A stretch of 64,000 bases of DNA from Candidatus Saccharimonadales bacterium (GTDB lineage Bacteria > Patescibacteriota > Saccharimonadia > Saccharimonadales > UBA10212). Below, one piece after another: positions 39,735-49,722 of this stretch. A program made the translations under genes and the position numbers. Where the stretch lies: positions 28,989 through 92,988 of the forward strand of contig DASTHW010000005.1 in the NCBI GenBank assembly GCA_035717985.1. Reading direction: 5' to 3'. The notes under the pieces were generated by a model. That model made no database searches and was not told the origin of the DNA. It was given only the letters and a program-made list of their open reading frames with translations. How positions within the stretch are numbered: position 1 is the first letter of the stretch; each line of letters opens with the position of its first letter.

Positions 39735-39813
39735 GCGGTTCGTGCGCAAGCGCAAATTCGAATTTAATCGAAAGCGGCGTTGAAGGAAAACCGCAGGTTG
39801 TCCTTCAACTTAA
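39735..39813 (+). other. structured 5' leader of tRNA-Met (copy B of the paralogous leader pair)
   Basis: GCGGTTCGTGCGCAAGCGCAAATTCGAATTTAATCGAAAGCGGCGTTGAAGGAAAACCGCAGGTTGTCCTTCAACTTAAG. Same three-hairpin layout as copy A. Confidence 0.6.
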
Positions 39814-39890
39814 GGCAGGGTAGCTCAGTTGGTTAGAGCACAGGACTCATAAGCCTGGGGTCGCGAGTTCAAATCTCGCCCCTGCTACCA
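39814..39890 (+). tRNA. elongator tRNA-Met (CAU), CCA encoded
   Basis: GGCAGGG/CCCTGCT acceptor, GCTC-AGTTGGTTA-GAGC D arm, CAGGA-CTCATAA-GCCTG anticodon arm (A31/G39 unpaired), GCGAG-TTCAAAT-CTCGC T arm. Resembles E. coli elongator tRNA-Met. Confidence 0.85.
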
Positions 39891-39946
39891 TAGTACTTAT
39901 GCCTAAACTCCTATAATTTTATAGGAGTTTATTTTAAGCTTAAGCT

Positions 39947-40450
39947 ATGAATAAAAGCCAAAAAGGCTTTAGTGCAATCGAAGGTTTATTAATTTTAGTT
40001 ATTTTTGGGGTTATTGCTATTGTCGGAATATATGTATATTCAAACACCAGCACAAAATCCCTTAGCTCTATTTCGATTAAATCGGGAGCTGACATAGAGA
40101 TAATTTCAGGTGCAGGCGGGATGCCTCCGAATACAAGCTCCGGAGAGTTATTGGTGGGTGAGAAATTTACTGTTGTTTTTACTGCACCATTTTCAAGTTT
40201 AGAAAATTGGCAAGCCTCAAAGGAGATAAAAGAAGTCAGCACTACATCAGGCAGGGCTAGCATTGATTTACCGGCAGGTAAATACGGAGCTTATTACATT
40301 TACAAAGGTCATAAAACGCTTTATTCGGGCTTAACTCTCGAAAACCCCAGGAACGATATCCAAAGGGACAAACAAGGGCCTTGGTATATAAAAATTAACA
40401 ACTTACAAAGAACCAAACTCAACTTTTCTGTAAATGCGCAACCAGTCTAA
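39947..40450 (+). CDS. type IV pilin-like protein (prepilin-type N-terminus), low-GC gene
   Basis: MNKSQKG/FSAIEGLLILVIFGVIAIVGIYVY matches the class III signal G|F(S/T)xxE plus a hydrophobic helix. Confidence 0.65.
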   Translation: MNKSQKGFSAIEGLLILVIFGVIAIVGIYVYSNTSTKSLSSISIKSGADIEIISGAGGMPPNTSSGELLVGEKFTVVFTAPFSSLENWQASKEIKEVSTTSGRASIDLPAGKYGAYYIYKGHKTLYSGLTLENPRNDIQRDKQGPWYIKINNLQRTKLNFSVNAQPV

Positions 40451-40575
40451 ATCCTTGTTGTTTCTAGCTTCCGCTACTCAATTCCGCCAAAATAAGATTC
40501 CAATTCGAAGATGGGTCTAAAGCTATGATGGTCAAGGCCAACTAAGCTTGTTAATTTATGGAATTATTGTAAAAT

Positions 40576-41364
40576 TTGGACAATATGATAAGGCAAGTAG
40601 AGGCGGGGCCTAGAACCTTTCGGCCGATGGGCACAGGCCGGCGGCATATACATGAGCATGGTTTAAAATGGACAGCCGCTAAAAGCCGCCCGGCTGACAT
40701 TGGGCCTAACGAGCAGTGGCCTGATCACGAGCGGGCTCGGCGTTTTTTTGAAGTGGCCAGTAAACTACAAGAGGCACCCAACGGCCATCACCCCGATCAC
40801 TCATTAACCATACATACGGCTCGGATCGCCAGGGATGCGGGCTTTGCGCTGGTGCGCCAGGCGATTACGGCTGAAAAAGGAGCCCGGCTGGCTATGCTGA
40901 AACAAGCCTGGCAAGAGCTGGCGGACTCAGCTCAAATGACGGAGAGTTTGATGCCGGTTGAGGCGGAGCCACTGCCAGTCTATACGCCGGAGGCCCGGGC
41001 TTTTCTAGATAGTGAGCACGGTGCCACCATATCTTGCTTAGGCCGGACGGCGGTAGTAGCTAAAGTGCTCGATATCCAAACCAAAGAACCTGATATTTTC
41101 TTTGATGAGGCCCAAATTTATTTAGCCACCGGATCCAACCGTTATTACGAAACCAGCAACGCAAAACAAGCCGCCCGCTGGAGCGTTATTTCCGGCCAGA
41201 CTGATAGAGCCCAAAGCTGGCTAGAGACTGCCAGAGACAGCGTGAAGAGAGCCCTAGAGGAAAACCCAGTTAACTACCAGGCGGCCCAGGCCAGCTTATA
41301 TGAAGCCGAGCCATACTTGGCTAACCCGGTGGCCGCCCGAGCCGCCGCGCTGGCGCGGCCCTAA
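40576..41364 (+). CDS. hypothetical protein (262 aa)
   Basis: ORF only. The start (TTG/ATG) is uncertain and no family is recognised. Confidence 0.45.
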   Translation: MDNMIRQVEAGPRTFRPMGTGRRHIHEHGLKWTAAKSRPADIGPNEQWPDHERARRFFEVASKLQEAPNGHHPDHSLTIHTARIARDAGFALVRQAITAEKGARLAMLKQAWQELADSAQMTESLMPVEAEPLPVYTPEARAFLDSEHGATISCLGRTAVVAKVLDIQTKEPDIFFDEAQIYLATGSNRYYETSNAKQAARWSVISGQTDRAQSWLETARDSVKRALEENPVNYQAAQASLYEAEPYLANPVAARAAALARP

Positions 41365-41365
41365 C

Positions 41366-42568
41366 CTAGAGTAGATTTTTTATGGCGTTAATTAAGGCCG
41401 CTTCTTTTAGGCTGACTTTATGCTTTTTGGCGGCAGTATAAAGCTGGTCTGCGGCGCCGGCGATGTAACTCTCCAGCTTTTTATTAACCTTACTCTCAGA
41501 CCAGTGCTCGCCCGCTTTGTTTTGGAACCACTCTAGATAGCTGACGACTACGCCGCCGGCATTGGCGACGATATCCGGCACAATAGTCACGCCTTGTGAC
41601 GTCAGTTTATCAAAAGCTTTTTCGTCGATGGGGCCGTTGGCCAGCTCTAGTATAGTTTTGGCCTTAACGGTGCGGTAGTTATCCTCGGTCACGGCGTCGC
41701 CCAGGGCGGCCAGAACTAGCACGTCAACCTTTTGACCGATAACCGCCTCGGCTGGTAAGACCTTTACACCGGTTTGCTTAAAATTGGCAAAGCTTTTATG
41801 GCCGGCCTTGTATTTTGCTAGCTCATCAGCATCTAAACCATCCTTAGCGTAAAGGGTAGCCGACGAGTCACTGGCTGACACCAGTTTCCACTCGGGATGA
41901 TCTTTAGCCGCTACCGTGGCAAAAAATGAGCCGACGTTCCCAAAGCCCTGGACAGCGTAAGTCAGTGGCTTATCAAGCCGGCCGCTATGAGCAAGAAGTT
42001 GGCGCAGGGCAATTACGCCGCCGCGGCCGGTAGCGGCTTCTCGGCCTAAACTGCCGCCTTTTGCTAAGCTTTTGCCGGTAAAGCTGGCATGGGTGGTGTC
42101 ACCAGCCAACTTTTCATATTCATTAACCATCCAGTCGATAATCTGGGCGTTGGTATTAACATCGGGTGCCGGGATGTCTTTATCGGGACCAATGTGCGGC
42201 GCTAGATGGCGGGCGTATTTACGGCTTAGCTCTTCCAGCTGAGCCGGGCTTAGCTTTTTAGGGTCGACGACAACACCGCCCTTGCCGCCGCCCATAGGCA
42301 AGCCAACGGCCGCCGTTTTAAAACTCATTAAAGTAGCTAGAGCCCGCACCTCATCTAAATTCACCTCAGGGTGAAAACGAATACCGCCCTTATACGGCCC
42401 GCGCCGCCGGTTGTGTTGCACGCGGTAAGCGTCAAAGCTTTGGCCGTCGTCTAATTTGACTTTAAAAATATGCTCTTTATCGATTTTTATAAGTTCGTCT
42501 ATGGCTTGGTCGTCTAAACCAATTTTTTTGCCGGCGCGGGTAATCAGCGCCTGAGCCGTCTCTAACAT
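41366..42568 (-). CDS. gdh: Glu/Leu/Phe/Val dehydrogenase family, glutamate dehydrogenase-like
   Basis: GPYKGGIRFHPEVNLDEVRALATLMSFKTAAVGLPMGGGKGGV catalytic Lys region and GFGNVG Rossmann motif. Confidence 0.9.
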   Translation of the reverse strand: MLETAQALITRAGKKIGLDDQAIDELIKIDKEHIFKVKLDDGQSFDAYRVQHNRRRGPYKGGIRFHPEVNLDEVRALATLMSFKTAAVGLPMGGGKGGVVVDPKKLSPAQLEELSRKYARHLAPHIGPDKDIPAPDVNTNAQIIDWMVNEYEKLAGDTTHASFTGKSLAKGGSLGREAATGRGGVIALRQLLAHSGRLDKPLTYAVQGFGNVGSFFATVAAKDHPEWKLVSASDSSATLYAKDGLDADELAKYKAGHKSFANFKQTGVKVLPAEAVIGQKVDVLVLAALGDAVTEDNYRTVKAKTILELANGPIDEKAFDKLTSQGVTIVPDIVANAGGVVVSYLEWFQNKAGEHWSESKVNKKLESYIAGAADQLYTAAKKHKVSLKEAALINAIKNLL

Positions 42569-42639
42569 ATGCCGCTCCTTTTTTACTATAGATTTCTAAG
42601 GCTATCTAATTATAAACCGGACTTGTAGAATTTAAAGAT

Positions 42640-43173
42640 ATGACTGAAAAAGAAGAGTCACCAGCCAAACAGCCGACGCCAAAAGTCGATTTAACAGATA
42701 GAGCTTTTCGGGCAGGACTCTTCTTAAAAGGTCTAGACGGCCTGATTGAAACTATTGGCGGCATACTGCTTTTACTGGTCAGCCCGGCTCAGATAAACCA
42801 TTTAGCCCGCTGGCTGACTGAGGGCCAGCTAGATAGAAATCCGCACGACTTTATTGCTAACCATATTTTAAAATCTGCCCACAGTCTTACTGGTGCGTCG
42901 CTAATTTTTGGCGCGGCTTATCTTTTAAGTCACGGTATAGTCAAAATTATTTTAGTGTTTGAAGTCTTGCGCGGCCGGACCTGGGCCTATATCGGTCTTA
43001 TAGTTGTCACCGGCCTATTTGTGATTTATCAAGTTTATAGAATTACTGCCGTCAAGTTCTCGGTTAGCCTGCTTCTTTTAACCATTTTTGATCTGATAAT
43101 TATTTATTTGACGCAAAAAGAATACCGTCGCCACAGAGCCCGCCTTGAGCGTGCATCTGATTCAGAAGACTAG
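42640..43173 (+). CDS. DUF2127-like membrane protein
   Basis: FRAGLFLKGLDGLIETIGGILLLLVSP... 4-TM layout. Confidence 0.5.
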   Translation: MTEKEESPAKQPTPKVDLTDRAFRAGLFLKGLDGLIETIGGILLLLVSPAQINHLARWLTEGQLDRNPHDFIANHILKSAHSLTGASLIFGAAYLLSHGIVKIILVFEVLRGRTWAYIGLIVVTGLFVIYQVYRITAVKFSVSLLLLTIFDLIIIYLTQKEYRRHRARLERASDSED

Positions 43174-43445
43174 CCCTTGTCTGACTTTTTAGGTTTATAG
43201 CCCAAGATGCCCCGGTTACCCGGGTCCTCTACCTCGGTGGCGCCGGCGATGCCCTCGTCATAATGTTCGTGCGAATCGACATTAGTATCGGCCTCTTGGT
43301 GGGTGTCGTCTACGGCGTCGCGGGCACCGCTAGGTGCTGAAAACGGCGTGGAGTAATCCTGTGGTAATTCCTCGGCCCGTTCTTCGTCATCAGTTAATCC
43401 ATGCGGCGGCATAGTCCTCCTTTCCGCTTCAAGTAAATTAAACAC
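43170..43445 (-). CDS. small acidic hypothetical protein (91 aa)
   Basis: ORF with a GGAAAGGAGG-type SD upstream of the ATG. No family recognised. Confidence 0.5.
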   Translation of the reverse strand: MFNLLEAERRTMPPHGLTDDEERAEELPQDYSTPFSAPSGARDAVDDTHQEADTNVDSHEHYDEGIAGATEVEDPGNRGILGYKPKKSDKG

Positions 43446-43546
43446 CTATCCTGCCTCTAGCATAAGTAAAATATCTTACTTCGCCCCTGAACTTTAATTG
43501 TTAAATTAATAAAAGCAGTTATTAAATGGATAAAGAGGAGGCAGGT

Positions 43547-44086
43547 ATGGCTGATTTATCAGGCAAGAAGGTGGCTGTAGTAGCCACGGATTATTTTGAA
43601 GAGGCCGAGCTGACTGAGCCGGTCAAAGCCTTGCGTGAGGCGGGCGCTAAGGTAGAGATTATAGCTCCTGAGGATGGCAAAATAAAAGGTTTGAAACATG
43701 TGGAACCGGGGGAATCCGTTAGTGTTGATAAAACGTTGGAGCAGGCCAACCCAAATGATTATGATGCCGCTGTTTTTCCAGGCGGCGCCGTTAACGCCGA
43801 TCAACTGCGAGTTAGCCAAAAGGCCCGCGATTTTCTGACCAAAATTATGGACGAGCAGGGCAAACCAACAGCTATAATTTGCCACGCGCCGTGGATGCTG
43901 GCGAGCGCCGGCTTAGCCCGGGGCCGAAAATTGACTAGCTATCACACTATTGCTGACGATATGCGTAATGCCGGCGCCGACTGGGTGGACGAAGAGGTGG
44001 TGGTTGACGGTAATTTAATCACTAGCCGGGACCCTGATGATCTACCGGCTTTTAATAAGGCATTAATCTCGGCCTTAGCTGGCTAG
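43547..44086 (+). CDS. DJ-1/PfpI family protein
   Basis: KKVAVVATDYFEEAEL...AIICHAPWML (nucleophile Cys-His context). I prefer the ATG at 43547 with AAGAGGAGG upstream. Confidence 0.8.
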   Translation: MADLSGKKVAVVATDYFEEAELTEPVKALREAGAKVEIIAPEDGKIKGLKHVEPGESVSVDKTLEQANPNDYDAAVFPGGAVNADQLRVSQKARDFLTKIMDEQGKPTAIICHAPWMLASAGLARGRKLTSYHTIADDMRNAGADWVDEEVVVDGNLITSRDPDDLPAFNKALISALAG

Positions 44087-44123
44087 TCGAACTGGCCGCA
44101 CCGGCCTGCTAGAATTTAAGGAC

Positions 44124-45023
44124 ATGAACGTCAAACTGTTACCAGGTAAATATGTGCTGGCCGTTAGCGGCGGCGTTGACTCGATGGTACTGCTGGACTT
44201 ACTAGCTAGCCGGCCCGGCCTTGATTTGGTTGTGGCTCATTTTGACCACGGTATTAGGCCTGGTTCCACTGGCGATGCCCAATTTGTTAAAACTAAGGCT
44301 CAAAAGCTAAATCTCGCTTTTGAACTTGGCCAGGGCCGGTTAGGGCCAGCCGCCAGTGAAGAACAGGCCCGTCGGGCCCGCTACGACTTTTTAGAATCCA
44401 CGCGGGCAAGACATAACGCCTTGGCCATAGTTACCGCTCACCACCAGGATGACTTAATTGAAACGGCTCTGATTAATACTATCCGAGGTACTGGCCCGCA
44501 GGGCCTGACGGCGATTTTACGAAACCAGGAGATCGTCCGTCCGCTCTTATCTACTCCCAAGGCTCAAATTTTGGACTATGCTCGCGCTCAAAATCTGGAC
44601 TGGGTCGAGGACGAAACTAATACCGACGAACGCTATTTGCGAAATTGGGTGCGGGCTAGATTAATGCCAAAACTATCAGAAACCGACAGGCAAAAACTGC
44701 TAACCGGCCTTTACCGGCTGGAGCAAGTTTTAGACGAGACTAACGTGCTCATGGACCGCGTCTCGCGTCGAGTAATTGAGCATAATATCATTAACCGGGC
44801 AGAATTTACCAGCCTGCCTCAGGCCATTGGCCAAGAGCTTTTATATCGCCGGCTGAAAGCACTAAAAGTCCCAGATTTAGACCGCCGGACGGTAGAGCGG
44901 CTGGCGGTGGCCATACGTACCGCTAAAGCCGGCACAAAACAGGAGATTAAAAAAGACTTTGTATTAAAGATTAAGCGGGATACAGCCCAAATAGCAGTAG
45001 CTAACAGGGGCTGGTATAATTAA
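44124..45023 (+). CDS. tilS: tRNA(Ile)-lysidine synthetase
   Basis: PP-loop AVSGGVDSMVLLDLL and HFDHGIR...AHHQDD. Confidence 0.85.
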   Translation: MNVKLLPGKYVLAVSGGVDSMVLLDLLASRPGLDLVVAHFDHGIRPGSTGDAQFVKTKAQKLNLAFELGQGRLGPAASEEQARRARYDFLESTRARHNALAIVTAHHQDDLIETALINTIRGTGPQGLTAILRNQEIVRPLLSTPKAQILDYARAQNLDWVEDETNTDERYLRNWVRARLMPKLSETDRQKLLTGLYRLEQVLDETNVLMDRVSRRVIEHNIINRAEFTSLPQAIGQELLYRRLKALKVPDLDRRTVERLAVAIRTAKAGTKQEIKKDFVLKIKRDTAQIAVANRGWYN

Positions 45024-45026
45024 CCT

Positions 45027-46901
45027 ATGGATAGAAAGCAATTCCGTATAAGAGGTAGCGGCGGGCCTGGTAAGGGTCGCCGGAACAACTTCAAAAACGC
45101 CGGCTTTATTGCGCTTTTGATTTTATTCGGTCTTGTTTTTTACGCCGCTTTTAGCCAGTCACCCAGCTTAAAAGAAGTCCCTTTTTCGCAGGTTATCTCG
45201 GATGCCAATAGCGGTAAAATTTCCAAAATTGTTGTCAACGGCACCGAGCTGGATGTCACGCCCAAAGGCCAAAAATCAGCTACCGAAAAGTCCTACATGG
45301 AGCCCAATTCCAGTATTTACCAACAGGGCCTCAAGCAGGGCAAGGTCACACTGGTCAACAAGCCGCAGTCCTCGAGCGGCAGTATTTGGATAACTATTCT
45401 AGCCAATGTTTTACCGGTAGTGGTTATCGCTTTCATCTTAATTTTGATGTTCCGAAGCGCCCAGGGTCAGGGGAACCAGGCTTTAAGTTTTGGTAAAAGC
45501 CGGGCAAAGCTTTACGGCGGCGAAAAAAAGCGGGTGACTTTCAAGGATGTAGCCGGCAATGACGAGGCTAAACAGGATCTGGAGGAGGTGGTTGAGTTTT
45601 TGAAGTATCCCAAAAAGTTTGAGGGCGTGGGCGCTAGAATCCCTAAAGGTGTGTTACTGGTGGGTCCGCCGGGTACCGGTAAAACTTTGCTCGCCCGGGC
45701 AGTTGCCGGCCAAGCTAATGCACCGTTCTTTTCAATTTCTGGTTCGGAATTTGTGGAAATGTTTGTCGGCGTTGGCGCCAGCCGGGTGCGCGACTTATTT
45801 AATAAAGCCAAGAAAAACGCCCCCTGTATTATCTTTATTGATGAAATTGACGCCGTTGGCCGCCGCCGAGGCTCGGGTATGGGCGGCGGACACGACGAGC
45901 GCGAGCAGACACTAAACCAGATTTTGGTAGAGATGGACGGCTTTGAGCAGGGCCAGAATGTGATTGTTTTAGCCGCCACTAACCGCTCGGATGTACTCGA
46001 CCCGGCGCTACTGCGCCCCGGCCGGTTTGACCGGCGGGTAAACATTGATTTGCCTGACCGCCGCGACCGCAAATTAATTCTTGAGACCCATTTTAAAGAT
46101 AAACCAATCAGTAAAGATGTTGATATGGAGGCGCTGGCCGCCAAGACCGCTGGCTCATCGGGTGCGGATCTTGCCAACATCGCTAACGAAGCGGCCATTT
46201 TAGCCGCCCGTCACAACCGCAAAGTCATTGATAACGAAGACGTAGTCAACGCCTTTGAAAAGGTAGCCATTGGCCCGGAGCGCAAGAGCAAAATTATGAG
46301 TGATAAGGAAAAAGAATTGACGGCTTATCACGAGGCCGGGCATGCCGTAGTTGGCCATGTTTTGCCGGACAGCGATATGGTGCATAAAGTTACCATCATC
46401 CCCCGTGGCGGCACTGGCGGTGTTACCTGGTTTATCCCGCCGGAAGATAAAAGCTATCATAGCATTATCGAATATAAGGATGTACTAGCCCGTATGCTGG
46501 GCGGCCGGGCCGCCGAAGAGCTGGTTTACGGCCTGGACCGAGTAACTACCGGCGCCGGATCTGACCTACAGAAAGCCGCCGAGCTGGCCCGCGATATGGT
46601 AGTTAATCAAGGCATGGGTAAAAAACTGCGCGACCAAGTCTTTCACGTTGAGGAGGGTATGATGCTGGAGCGCATGGTGCATGAGCGCCAATATTCGGAT
46701 GAAACCGCCAAGATTATAGATGATGAAGTTGAATCATTGATTACCGAAGCCGCCCGCCGGGCCCGCATAGTTCTTAAATCCAACCTAAAGAAGCTGGAAA
46801 CTCTCAAGGACGCTCTGCTTGAAAAAGAAACTGTAGAAGCTGAGGATGTTCTAAAACTGCTGGAAGGGGCACATATGCCCCCCGAAGCCGCACTATATTA
46901 A
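45027..46901 (+). CDS. ftsH: ATP-dependent zinc metalloprotease FtsH
   Basis: Two N-terminal TM segments, Walker [12 protein letters not shown] region, and HEAGH zinc motif. Confidence 0.97.
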   Translation: MDRKQFRIRGSGGPGKGRRNNFKNAGFIALLILFGLVFYAAFSQSPSLKEVPFSQVISDANSGKISKIVVNGTELDVTPKGQKSATEKSYMEPNSSIYQQGLKQGKVTLVNKPQSSSGSIWITILANVLPVVVIAFILILMFRSAQGQGNQALSFGKSRAKLYGGEKKRVTFKDVAGNDEAKQDLEEVVEFLKYPKKFEGVGARIPKGVLLVGPPGTGKTLLARAVAGQANAPFFSISGSEFVEMFVGVGASRVRDLFNKAKKNAPCIIFIDEIDAVGRRRGSGMGGGHDEREQTLNQILVEMDGFEQGQNVIVLAATNRSDVLDPALLRPGRFDRRVNIDLPDRRDRKLILETHFKDKPISKDVDMEALAAKTAGSSGADLANIANEAAILAARHNRKVIDNEDVVNAFEKVAIGPERKSKIMSDKEKELTAYHEAGHAVVGHVLPDSDMVHKVTIIPRGGTGGVTWFIPPEDKSYHSIIEYKDVLARMLGGRAAEELVYGLDRVTTGAGSDLQKAAELARDMVVNQGMGKKLRDQVFHVEEGMMLERMVHERQYSDETAKIIDDEVESLITEAARRARIVLKSNLKKLETLKDALLEKETVEAEDVLKLLEGAHMPPEAALY

Positions 46902-47816
46902 ATGAAGGTATTGGTTTTATCCGGCGGAAATTCGCCGGAAAGAGAAGTCTCACTGCGCTCTGGTGAGAACATTAGATCTGCGCTAAGAGACAGCGGCCAC
47001 AAGGTTTATGACTATGATCCAGCTGGTGGCTATGGCGGGCTGGATGAATACGTCGGTAAGGTGGACGTAGTTTTTCCGATTTTGCACGGGGCTGGCGGCG
47101 AAGACGGTGAAATACAGGAGGAGTTAGAGGCCAGGCAATTCAATTATTTAGGCTCCGGACCGAGAGCCTCGGCGGACTGTTTTAATAAAGTAAAAACTAA
47201 GGAAATACTTAACAAGTTAAGTATTTTGACTCCTAAGTATGAAATCGTTACGGCTGATTCTTTTGCCGGCTCTGCTTTGACTAAAAAACCATATGTTCTA
47301 AAACCGATTGAGGGCGGCTCTACCATCGACGCATTCATTGTCCGTGCGCCCGACAGCGCTCAAATCGACGTTGACATACTCAAAAGGTATAAAAGTATGC
47401 TTTTGGAAGAGCTGGTTGACGGCAAGGAAATTACGGTGCCGGTTTTAGGCAATAAATCTTTGCCGGTAATCGAAATTATTCCGCCGGCCGGTAGAGAGTT
47501 TGATTATGAAAATAAGTATAACGGCGAAAGCCAGGAGCTTTGCCCGCCAAAAAATGTGGACGAGGGGATCCAGCGGAGGGCTCAACAATTAGCATTGCAG
47601 GCTCATAGGGCGCTAGGTGCCAGGCACCTTACAAGATCTGATTTCATTGTTGATAGCGGTGGTCAAATCTGGGCTTTAGAAATTAATACTATGCCCGGGA
47701 TGACGGCTGAGAGTCTTTACCCGAAATCGGCCCTGGCGGCCGGCATAAATATCGCTCAGCTGGTAGATCGGTTTACTGAGATGTCGCTTCAGCCGACTAA
47801 GTCTACTAGCCTGTAG
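46902..47816 (+). CDS. ddl: D-alanine--D-alanine ligase
   Basis: MKVLVLSGGNSPEREVSLRSG...FPILHGAGGEDG...EINTMPGMT. Confidence 0.9.
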   Translation: MKVLVLSGGNSPEREVSLRSGENIRSALRDSGHKVYDYDPAGGYGGLDEYVGKVDVVFPILHGAGGEDGEIQEELEARQFNYLGSGPRASADCFNKVKTKEILNKLSILTPKYEIVTADSFAGSALTKKPYVLKPIEGGSTIDAFIVRAPDSAQIDVDILKRYKSMLLEELVDGKEITVPVLGNKSLPVIEIIPPAGREFDYENKYNGESQELCPPKNVDEGIQRRAQQLALQAHRALGARHLTRSDFIVDSGGQIWALEINTMPGMTAESLYPKSALAAGINIAQLVDRFTEMSLQPTKSTSL

Positions 47817-47872
47817 GCCTTAATTTGGCGTCAATCATAACAACATCTTTGACCTTGGCGCTAGTGTAGAAT

Positions 47873-48901
47873 ATGACTATGGCGATAGATAGAATCGTTA
47901 ATACTTCTGATGAGACTGAAGCCGAACAGGAATTTGAACAAACTCTCAGGCCGCATGACTTTGCTAGCTATGTCGGCCAGGAACGATTGAAGAAAAATCT
48001 AAAGCTGACTATCGGTGCTGCCAAAAAGCGGTCTGAGCCGATTGACCACGTTTTACTTTACGGGCCGCCGGGACTAGGCAAAACCACCATGGCCACAGTT
48101 ATAGCCAACGAAATGGGCGCCCAAATTAGAATTACTTCCGGGCCGGCTGTAGAGCGGGCTGGTGATCTAGCTTCGCTGTTGACTAATTTATCTGACGGCG
48201 ACATTTTGTTTATTGATGAAATCCACCGCCTGCACCGCTCTGTGGAGGAGGTATTATACTCGGCGATGGAAGATTTTAAGTTGGACATTATGTTGGGCAA
48301 GGGCCCTAGTGCCCGTTCACTGCGGCTAGATTTGCCACGCTTTACTATCATCGGTGCTACGACGCGGGCCGGAGCCTTGGCCGCCCCTTTGCGTGATCGT
48401 TTTGGTATTATCCACCGTTTGGAATTTTATGATGAGTCTGAAATTAAAAAGATAATCCAGCGGGCGGCCGGTATTTTAAAAGTTAAAGTTGATGAGCCGG
48501 CCGCCGGCTTGCTAGCCCGCCGTTCGCGGTTGACCCCTCGGGTGGCCAACCGGCTTTTAAAAAGGGTGCGTGATTATGCCGACATGAACGGCGACGGCAT
48601 AATAGACCAAGAAATTGCCAGAAAAGCTTTGGCTCTGCTGGAGATTGATGATCTTGGCTTAGACCCGGCTGACCGGCATATTCTAAATGCCATAATTGAC
48701 TATCATAACGGCGGGCCGGTGGGCGTGGAGACACTAGCGGCCTTAACAGCCGAAGAGCGCTCGACAATTGAAGACGCTATTGAGCCGTATCTTATGCAAA
48801 TTGGCCTGCTGGAGCGGACGCCTAGAGGCAGAAAAGTCACTAGCCGGGCCTACAAACATCTTGGTAAAAAGCCTACCTCGACTCAACCGTCGTTGTTATA
48901 A
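47873..48901 (+). CDS. ruvB: Holliday junction DNA helicase RuvB
   Basis: [13 protein letters not shown]...[12 protein letters not shown]...FIDEIHRL...IGATTR. Confidence 0.95.
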   Translation: MTMAIDRIVNTSDETEAEQEFEQTLRPHDFASYVGQERLKKNLKLTIGAAKKRSEPIDHVLLYGPPGLGKTTMATVIANEMGAQIRITSGPAVERAGDLASLLTNLSDGDILFIDEIHRLHRSVEEVLYSAMEDFKLDIMLGKGPSARSLRLDLPRFTIIGATTRAGALAAPLRDRFGIIHRLEFYDESEIKKIIQRAAGILKVKVDEPAAGLLARRSRLTPRVANRLLKRVRDYADMNGDGIIDQEIARKALALLEIDDLGLDPADRHILNAIIDYHNGGPVGVETLAALTAEERSTIEDAIEPYLMQIGLLERTPRGRKVTSRAYKHLGKKPTSTQPSLL

Positions 48902-48910
48902 TTATCATAG

Positions 48911-49480
48911 ATGGAACCTCAGCTCCCCCAACCTCAACCAGTTGTCGCCGATCCGGCTAATGCCAATGATTTAATAGAGCAGGACGAACGAGTACTGGCC
49001 GTGGTGCGTAAGCACTGGGCCGGCGTAGCCGGCATGTACGCCATGGCGGTCTTGGTTTTGGTGGCCTTGGTAGTGCTTGGTATTTTTGTTATGCCTGATG
49101 TTGACGCCTCGGCCGGCGCTAAAACTCTGCTGATTGGCGGCGGTCTGGTGGTAGCGGCCTGTTTGATAGCCGTATTTTTGACAATGATTTATATCTATCA
49201 TAAAAGTAATCTGACTATCACCAACCAAAGTCTAGTCCAAACTATCCAGCGGAGCCTGTTCAATAAAAAAATCTCGCGCTTGTCGATGTCTAATGTTGAA
49301 GACGTTAACGCCGAACAGAAGGGGATTATTGCCAGTATGTTAGGCTACGGAACCCTGACGGTGCAGACAGCCGGCGAGGAAGACAACTTTGTTTTTAGCT
49401 ATTGTCCCGGCCCGAATGCTCTAGCCGAGCGGATTTTGGAAGCCCGCCAGGCTTACGCCCAGCATCATCCTGTCGTCTAA
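48911..49480 (+). CDS. membrane protein with bacterial PH (YdbS/YdbT-like) domain
   Basis: ERVLAVVRKHWAG followed by two TM segments and a C-terminal soluble domain. Family call is by resemblance. Confidence 0.5.
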   Translation: MEPQLPQPQPVVADPANANDLIEQDERVLAVVRKHWAGVAGMYAMAVLVLVALVVLGIFVMPDVDASAGAKTLLIGGGLVVAACLIAVFLTMIYIYHKSNLTITNQSLVQTIQRSLFNKKISRLSMSNVEDVNAEQKGIIASMLGYGTLTVQTAGEEDNFVFSYCPGPNALAERILEARQAYAQHHPVV

Positions 49481-49512
49481 ATAATATTCTTTTCCAAAGA
49501 ATCAAATCCTTT

Positions 49513-49536
49513 GCCACCTTTTGCCGAAAAGGTGGC
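49513..49536 (+). terminator. strong hairpin downstream of the PH-domain gene
   Basis: GCCACCTTTT-gccg-AAAAGGTGGC: perfect 10-bp stem. No clean T-run directly after it. Confidence 0.4.
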
Positions 49537-49687
49537 GCCAAACTCTCGGCGGCTTTTTCATCGTGACACGCCGCTAGTTAAAACTAGGCTCGGTTGAAAA
49601 ACTCCTCAAAATTTATCCACCGGATAAATTTCTCGTCAAACATTTTCAACCGACCAAGTACGCCTATTTTTAACAACGTCAAATCAG

Positions 49688-49722
49688 GAGGAAAAAGATG
49701 CCGAATAAAAACATTCTTCGGC
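49688..49722 (-). terminator. Rho-independent-type terminator of the pilus operon
   Basis: Reverse strand GCCGAA-gaatgttttta-TTCGGC followed by ATCTTTTTCC. Confidence 0.45.
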
